Assembly: GCA_947074145.1 (NCBI GenBank)
Contig: CAMTOJ010000004.1
Location: 20,177-84,176 of the forward strand
Length of the DNA: 64,000 bases
Source: an uncultured Bacteroidales bacterium
GTDB taxonomy: Bacteria; Bacteroidota; Bacteroidia; Bacteroidales; JAUNSR01
Direction of reading: 5' to 3'
Shown: positions 58,058 through 64,000 of the stretch, in pieces
Position numbering within the stretch: the first letter of the stretch is position 1
Layout of the letters: each line of letters begins with the position of its first letter
Notes under the pieces: generated by a model
What the model was told of the DNA's origin: nothing
Seen by the model: only the letters and a program-made list of their open reading frames with translations
Databases searched by the model: none
Made by a program: the position numbers and the translations under genes

Positions 58058-60790
58058 TTATAATTCGATAGTCACAATCTGATTTATATCTGTAATCTTG
58101 TACTTTTTATTCCCAATTCTAATCCTTGAATAATTATTGCTATATATTTCTAACTTATTAGAATATCTTTTCAATATAACTTCCATATTTTCATTTCCAT
58201 CTATCTTAACATCTTTATACTTCAACCTTGTACCGTTGCCTAACATATAAGTTTCGCAATTTTTATCTTTTGAATATATAGCAAACTCACCTTTCAATTC
58301 CATATTATTGGTTATTGCTTCTGAATTTGAATCTTCAAGTGATAAGATAAGATCTGTTCGTTTATCTTTATGTGTGACCAAAATAGCAGTGGCTCCTTCA
58401 CTTTCTGTTATTATATCAGGAAAAGAGACTGTCTCAATTATTCCCGGGTCATTGACCGTAACAGGTTCATAAATGGCAACAAATGGTCGAGTCCATGCTT
58501 CTCCTCTTTGTCTCGCCACATAAGTCAATGTCGGTTGTTCTTTTATATTATATGGCATACCTTCAGTTCTGCATAATCCCTCTGTCATAGGACTTAAAGC
58601 TTTAAACAGCTCACGATCCTTCTCACCCTTCATCCACATCTGCATTGTAATATTATTACCATCAGGCATATCAATTGTATAATATCCCTTTACATCTTTA
58701 TCGGTAGTTACACTTTGCTTATCAAAAATATAAGAGTAAGCATAAAGATGAGCCCCTGCAAATGCTAATTCCTGAGTTGGTTTTAGATCCAAATCGTTAT
58801 CATTAATATCTACAAGTTGAAACCGCTGACCAAGATTGTGATAAAAATAATCATGCATCTTATCGTTTCCTCTTATTTTGCGACTTCGGAAAATATCTAT
58901 ATAATATCCCAATCCGTTATCGGCAGTAATAATACCCATTAACCTTGTTTGTTTTGACTGAGATTCCGGTTCTATAAAAGAAACACTATTATACTGAACT
59001 CCCCTTAGATATTTTTTAGATTCTGAAGAGGGATAGCATGATATTAGATCAAAAGCATGATTACTTTTCATTATGGGGTAACTTGAAATCCCATCTACAC
59101 ATACTGTATTATGAGATGGAAATTGACTATAATATTCAAGATAATCAAGTCCTGAATATAATGTCATCCCTATCCCTGCATCCGGAGCAAGAGGATACCC
59201 TTTGCCATACAGCTCCATAGATATACCATTTGAATGCATATGATTCCCTTCTGACCCATTAATAGAAAACATAAGGCTTTTTTCTTTATCCATTCCGTTT
59301 CGCTGAACTAACCAATTAACATTTGGGGCCCAAAAAGTTGGACTTACATAGTCATCAATATCCGCAACAGGAATTGACATGTCAATTGTAAGATTTGTTT
59401 CAGGGAAAAAAGTATTGATATCTATCTTCGATTTATTATGATTGTTAGCAGAGTTACAAAAATCCTTGTTAAAATATTTCAGTAAGGATGTAAACTTCTT
59501 CTCCTGTTCTTTTTTATTGTTTTTAATGGCATTTCTTACAAGTCCTTCAAAAATATCCGTTCTCAATTTATGAGGATGTGTATCACCAAAACCAACTGAT
59601 ATCTTGTTGGGAAATAGATATTGAGGTGTAGAAGCAACCGCTTTTTCTATTACCGGAAAATATTCCAACAAATCAATATTAAACATTTTATCAAAAAGAT
59701 TTACAAAGCTCACATAATCCCATACTACGTTAAGACTATAACCTGGTGATTCTGCCCATATACCGTTTTTTTCATCAAATCCATATTGCGCAAGATCTTT
59801 AAGACTCCATTGACGTATCGAAGAATCAAACAACACTTTATTAATGTAGTATTCGCGACCTTTTGCATCCGAATACTCATTATTATTCTTTAAAATCATT
59901 GCTATGTTTGCTATATAATGTGCTTGAATAAGATTCCAGTTGTTATGGGGTACACCATTATCAATTATATTATCAGCCCATTTTTTAAAAGTAGCATCAT
60001 AAATATCTATCTTATCAGGATTGTTTTCCTCTATATAAGTATGTAGAAAATCATATAATATTACCAAAGGATTCAATATCGCCTCATGAATAACCTCAAA
60101 TGTTGTCATTCCAACCAGTGTCTGCTGATGACCTTTATTCAAATCGTGAGGTATATTCCTATTATATATTCCATTCATATAAGTATCGAAAACAGAATAT
60201 GACATCTCTGCATATTTATTTTCATTAGTCACCCACCATAAGAATGCACCGTCACGGGCAACATTCATTATATCTTGATTTGCGCCGGCTATCTGAGTTC
60301 CCGTTTTTGATATAGGAGCCCATTCAAGTGGCGCTCCTTCCAACGATCTATTGTGCATTAAGACCCCTCTTACATCTTCACAATAAGGGATTCTATCTTC
60401 AATTTTAGGACGTCCGTAAATTGTTGAATGATTTCTGGCTCCATTAAACATTACAGTGGGAAAATCACATTGTTCGTTACCTTTATGGCTATAAAACTCC
60501 CCTTTTATATAAATATCTTTAGCTTTTGAATTCCAATGCATCATTAATCTTGACGACAACCATTCAGGCTCTCTATCGGCATAAAAATCAATTCTATCTT
60601 TAAGTTTTGTCAATACCGATTCTGCCCATTGTTCTTTTTTTATAATTTGTTGTAATTCATCTTTATATTCCGCATTGCATTTAACTCTTGGATATCTGTT
60701 TTCAAGTTTACTGTAGTCTGGCATTTGTTGTGAATAGGATGTTGTAACAGCAAATAAACCGATTACAAAAGATGTTATATATTTATGCAT
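58058..60790 (-). CDS. secreted heparinase II/III-like polysaccharide lyase family protein
   Basis: 910 aa with signal peptide. N-terminal alpha/alpha-toroid-like region. Central GNHMHSNGISMELYGKGYPLAPDAGIG...FPSHNTVCVDG fits the Hepar_II_III pattern. PL family not assignable by eye. Confidence 0.55.
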   Translation of the reverse strand: MHKYITSFVIGLFAVTTSYSQQMPDYSKLENRYPRVKCNAEYKDELQQIIKKEQWAESVLTKLKDRIDFYADREPEWLSSRLMMHWNSKAKDIYIKGEFYSHKGNEQCDFPTVMFNGARNHSTIYGRPKIEDRIPYCEDVRGVLMHNRSLEGAPLEWAPISKTGTQIAGANQDIMNVARDGAFLWWVTNENKYAEMSYSVFDTYMNGIYNRNIPHDLNKGHQQTLVGMTTFEVIHEAILNPLVILYDFLHTYIEENNPDKIDIYDATFKKWADNIIDNGVPHNNWNLIQAHYIANIAMILKNNNEYSDAKGREYYINKVLFDSSIRQWSLKDLAQYGFDEKNGIWAESPGYSLNVVWDYVSFVNLFDKMFNIDLLEYFPVIEKAVASTPQYLFPNKISVGFGDTHPHKLRTDIFEGLVRNAIKNNKKEQEKKFTSLLKYFNKDFCNSANNHNKSKIDINTFFPETNLTIDMSIPVADIDDYVSPTFWAPNVNWLVQRNGMDKEKSLMFSINGSEGNHMHSNGISMELYGKGYPLAPDAGIGMTLYSGLDYLEYYSQFPSHNTVCVDGISSYPIMKSNHAFDLISCYPSSESKKYLRGVQYNSVSFIEPESQSKQTRLMGIITADNGLGYYIDIFRSRKIRGNDKMHDYFYHNLGQRFQLVDINDNDLDLKPTQELAFAGAHLYAYSYIFDKQSVTTDKDVKGYYTIDMPDGNNITMQMWMKGEKDRELFKALSPMTEGLCRTEGMPYNIKEQPTLTYVARQRGEAWTRPFVAIYEPVTVNDPGIIETVSFPDIITESEGATAILVTHKDKRTDLILSLEDSNSEAITNNMELKGEFAIYSKDKNCETYMLGNGTRLKYKDVKIDGNENMEVILKRYSNKLEIYSNNYSRIRIGNKKYKITDINQIVTIEL

Positions 60791-61303
60791 TTACCTATAT
60801 GTTTATGTGTTATTATAAAAAGCTATTAATAATATATCTATCTAAAATTTTCGATCAGAAAAGATCTTAAATTATTGATTGTCATATGACTTTTTCTATT
60901 CTAACTTAAAAATAGAAAATCTTTATATATTACGTTTTGAGGCTAAGTTTCACTTAATCATTTATCCAGAATATTATTAATGACTTCGTTTGAAATATAA
61001 TATATGGAAATTTAATTTAAAACAGATAAAATATATTACCTATAATCTTTATTCATCTCTTTTCAAGAAATAAATTGACAAGAACTATAATATTTTTATT
61101 TTTTAGAAAATCTTATTTTGATAGATAACTATGTTGAATATTAGAAATATACTACTAATTACAGTGTTATTTTTTCACATTGGAGTTAAATATGTATAAA
61201 CACAATATGCTTATATATATTTATTCTATACTATTTAAGCCAATCCGAATATTATTTGTATATTTTGACAGTTTTTACTATACTTTATCAATTGCATTAT
61301 ACC

Positions 61304-62245
61304 ATGAAAAGATCAGTTTCAAATCCGCATCAAAAATCGGAGACTATAACTCAATTTATTATTTCATCTTATATTTTCCGATTTGTAGTTAGTCTTGTTA
61401 CCATGTCCGCAATATATATATTGCTATCTATTATTTACGGAATGGTACCTTTAGAATCAAGAATCTTAACATCTGTCAAGTTTCTTGGTCTGGGAGCTAT
61501 ATTCCTTTTTGCCTATTATTTCTTCTTTGAGAAATATGAAAAAAGAAAAGTTGATGAACTCAAACTTTCTTTATTGCCCAAATCATTTTCTGTTGGTTTT
61601 ATTATAGGATGCATCATTATATGTGGCTCAGTTTTATGTTATTACCTAGCAGGAGCATATAGGATTGATAATGTCGACTTGGGAACATTCATTATTTCAG
61701 GTTTTGCGTTTCAAATGTTTATTGCTATAGCTGAAGAGATACTATTCAGAGGTGTAATCTACAGAATGATTGAGAACAAAGCAGGAACTGTTACAGCCCT
61801 TATTATCTCCTCTTTACTTTTCGGCTTCATGCATATCTTCAATGAGAATGCTACATTATGGTCTTCATTTGCTATTTCAATAGAAGCCGGAGTTCTTTTA
61901 GGTCTTGCATATCGTTTTAGTAAAAACTTATGGATGCCAATAGGAATACATTGTGCCTGGAACTTCTTACTTGGAACTATTTGGGGACTTCCTGTATCAG
62001 GAATGAGCATGGGGCGAAGCTTATTCATTTCTACCTATGAAGGTCCACAATGGCTTACAGGTGGTGATTTTGGTCCTGAAAATTCAGTTCCCACTGTGTT
62101 GATCTGTATAATTATATCAATAGTATTTATCAGTATTAAGATAAATCCAAACAAGCTAATAAAAATAAAGGAAAAACAAAAAAACAAGCTATCGAGTATA
62201 AAAGGAAAAAAAGAATCTAACAAAATAATAATACAGTCTAATTAA
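61304..62245 (+). CDS. CPBP family intramembrane glutamic endopeptidase (CAAX protease/Abi-like)
   Basis: Motifs EEILFRG, FGFMH, HCAWN in a polytopic membrane protein. I prefer ATG 61304 over ORF-track TTG 61256. Confidence 0.75.
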   Translation: MKRSVSNPHQKSETITQFIISSYIFRFVVSLVTMSAIYILLSIIYGMVPLESRILTSVKFLGLGAIFLFAYYFFFEKYEKRKVDELKLSLLPKSFSVGFIIGCIIICGSVLCYYLAGAYRIDNVDLGTFIISGFAFQMFIAIAEEILFRGVIYRMIENKAGTVTALIISSLLFGFMHIFNENATLWSSFAISIEAGVLLGLAYRFSKNLWMPIGIHCAWNFLLGTIWGLPVSGMSMGRSLFISTYEGPQWLTGGDFGPENSVPTVLICIIISIVFISIKINPNKLIKIKEKQKNKLSSIKGKKESNKIIIQSN

Positions 62246-62262
62246 TTTCTATATATAATAAT

Positions 62263-62302
62263 AAAGCTCCGAATCTCAATATAAATTGAAATTCGGAGCT
62301 TT
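62263..62302. terminator. bidirectional terminator between the CPBP protease gene and valS
   Basis: AAAGCTCCGAAT / ATTCGGAGCTTT 12-bp stem. Confidence 0.7.
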
Positions 62303-62328
62303 TATATTTAGTAATCTCTATATGATTC

Positions 62329-64000
62329 TTATTTACTTAAAGAAGCAATACGCTCTTCAATAGAAGTAATCTTAGATTCAGCGTCAGCTAATTTCTTCTT
62401 CTCTCCATCAACTACAGCAGCAGGTGCATTGTTAACGAATTTCTCATTTCCAAGTTTACCCATTACCGATTTTTTGAAGCCCTGAAGATATTTAAGCTCA
62501 TCGTTAAGCTTTTGAAGTTCTGCCTCCACATCAATATTGTTACCAAGAGGAACAGAATATTCATTAGTTCCCACAAGGAAAGATGCCGCAGTTGCGTCTT
62601 TCTCTGTTACTTTATCAATTGCTGAAAGATTACCCATCTTCATTATTACGGCGTCGAACTGCGGATTATGTCCACCCAACACCTGTAATGTAAGAGGTTC
62701 TTTATTTGGTATATTCTTTTGAAGACGAATAGTTCTGATGTTAGCAATCACCTCTTTTGTCTGCTCGAATGCAGAAAGGAACTCCTTATCAAAAGTCTCT
62801 GCCTTTGGCATCATCTCAACCATTATGCTCTCTCCTTCTTTACGTGGTTCAAGCACCTGCCACAACTCTTCTGTAATGAAAGGCATGAAAGGATGAAGAA
62901 GTTTCAACAAAGAATCAAAGAATGAAAGTGTTGCATCATAGCTTTTCTTATCGATTGGCTGCTGATATCCCGGTTTAACCATCTCAAGATACCAAGAAGA
63001 AAACTCATCCCAGAACAATTTGTAAATTGCCATCAAAGCTTCAGAGATTCTGTATTTGTCAAACAAATCATTAACCTCATCTATTGTCTGTGATAGCTTA
63101 CCTTCAAACCATTTAACGGCAAGAGCTGCCGCTTCAGGCTGAGCAATTGTATCATCAACATTCCAACCTTTCACAAGACGGAAAGCATTCCAAATCTTGT
63201 TATTGAAATTACGACCCTGCTCACAAAGCGAATCATCAAACAATATATCGTTACCCGCAGAAGCTGAAAGCATCATACCCATACGAACTCCATCCGCACC
63301 AAAATTCGCAATAAGCTCAAGTGGCTCAGGAGAATTTCCAAGAGACTTTGACATCTTACGTCCAAGCTTATCTCTTACAATTCCTGTAAGGTAAACATTC
63401 TTAAACGGCATATCTCCCATATACTCATAACCTGCGAAGATCATACGAGCAACCCAGAAGAAAAGGATATCAGGACCTGTTACAAGGTCTGAAGTAGGAT
63501 AATAATATTTAATCTCTTCATTATCCTTATCAAGGATATTCCCGAATACGGAGATTGGCCACAACCAAGAAGAGAACCATGTGTCAAGCACATCTTCATC
63601 CTGACGCAGGTCACTAATTGTAAGTGCATTATCCCCCGTTTTCTCAATTGCAAGTTTAAGAGCTTCCTCCTCTGTTTTAGCTACTACATAACCTCCTTTT
63701 GGAAGATAGAAAGCAGGAATACGGTGTCCCCACCAAAGCTGACGAGAGATACACCAATCCTTGATATTCTCAAGCCAGTGACGATAAGTGTTCTTGAATT
63801 TTGCAGGATGAAGCATAATATCATCATTCATCACCGCATCAAGTGCAGGCTTAGCAATCTCTTCCATTTTAAGGAACCACTGCATTGAAAGCTTAGGTTC
63901 AATCACTGCGTTAGTACGCTCAGAGAAACCAACCTTATTGGTATAAGCTTCAACTTTCTCCATCAAATCGGCAGAGATAAGATCTTTTTCAATCTGCTCA
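62329..64000 (-). CDS. valS: valine--tRNA ligase, C-terminal part; N-terminus lies beyond the window end
   Basis: KMSKS motif ([10 protein letters not shown]), ValRS anticodon-binding and C-terminal coiled-coil regions. The frame stays open to base 64000. Confidence 0.95.
   Translation of the reverse strand, partial: EQIEKDLISADLMEKVEAYTNKVGFSERTNAVIEPKLSMQWFLKMEEIAKPALDAVMNDDIMLHPAKFKNTYRHWLENIKDWCISRQLWWGHRIPAFYLPKGGYVVAKTEEEALKLAIEKTGDNALTISDLRQDEDVLDTWFSSWLWPISVFGNILDKDNEEIKYYYPTSDLVTGPDILFFWVARMIFAGYEYMGDMPFKNVYLTGIVRDKLGRKMSKSLGNSPEPLELIANFGADGVRMGMMLSASAGNDILFDDSLCEQGRNFNNKIWNAFRLVKGWNVDDTIAQPEAAALAVKWFEGKLSQTIDEVNDLFDKYRISEALMAIYKLFWDEFSSWYLEMVKPGYQQPIDKKSYDATLSFFDSLLKLLHPFMPFITEELWQVLEPRKEGESIMVEMMPKAETFDKEFLSAFEQTKEVIANIRTIRLQKNIPNKEPLTLQVLGGHNPQFDAVIMKMGNLSAIDKVTEKDATAASFLVGTNEYSVPLGNNIDVEAELQKLNDELKYLQGFKKSVMGKLGNEKFVNNAPAAVVDGEKKKLADAESKITSIEERIASLSK

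Noticed and set aside
61180-61392. 70-aa TTG-start ORF, and the TTG 61256 extension of the CPBP gene.
   Set aside because: Both use TTG starts in extremely AT-rich DNA. The 70-aa ORF overlaps the CPBP gene out of frame. ATG 61304 gives a normal CPBP N-terminus.
1-64000. Searched for integrases, transposases, phage or conjugation genes, toxin-antitoxin pairs, tRNA/rRNA/tmRNA genes and long-range duplicated segments.
   Set aside because: None recognised by eye. Every ORF of at least 150 aa has a housekeeping, envelope or CAZyme assignment except the methyltransferase. Apart from the riboswitch, no intergenic region has the GC-rich structured look of a stable RNA. A covariance-model scan would be needed to exclude small RNAs.

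Overview
AT-rich chromosomal segment that looks like Bacteroidota, probably Bacteroidales. Support for that: many TAnnTTTG -7 promoter boxes, an HTCS-like sensor, a CAZyme cluster, an HU-HIG-like gene and ahpCF next to oxyR. I call 45 protein genes, almost all core functions. These are a galactose transporter and galK; an NrtR-like regulator with tkt and rpiB; nrdD/nrdG; rlmI, rseP, dxr and a LytM-like gene; three OmpA-domain proteins; focA; an ABC-F ATPase; an S1/CvfB-like protein; pflB/pflA; pgl, gnd and zwf split by a 2017-aa alpha-2-macroglobulin-like gene; a YidE/YbjL-type transporter; a cobalamin riboswitch ahead of a biotin carboxylase / BCCP / carboxyltransferase operon; ahpCF with oxyR; a minus-strand lyase / sensor / ECF sigma / GH43 / GH88 cluster; a CPBP protease; and the 3' part of valS. 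I saw no rRNA, tRNA, CRISPR array, integrase, transposase or phage genes. I do not see a convincing multi-gene novel defence or mobile system. The best leads are: (1) a textbook B12 riboswitch controlling an acyl-CoA carboxylase operon through a long atypical leader; (2) a nuclease-less MmeI-family DNA methyltransferase placed directly behind the rlmI terminator, with a very acidic 103-aa protein downstream; (3) two ordered repeat arrays in long intergenic regions, namely four 22-bp tandem units between an HU-like gene and pflB, and reiterated palindrome modules in an unusually long nrdD-nrdG spacer; (4) a kinase- and receiver-less HTCS-like membrane AraC sensor beside an orphan ECF sigma in a SusC/SusD-less CAZyme cluster. 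All functional calls come from motif and family recognition by eye. No database search, covariance model or statistics were run.
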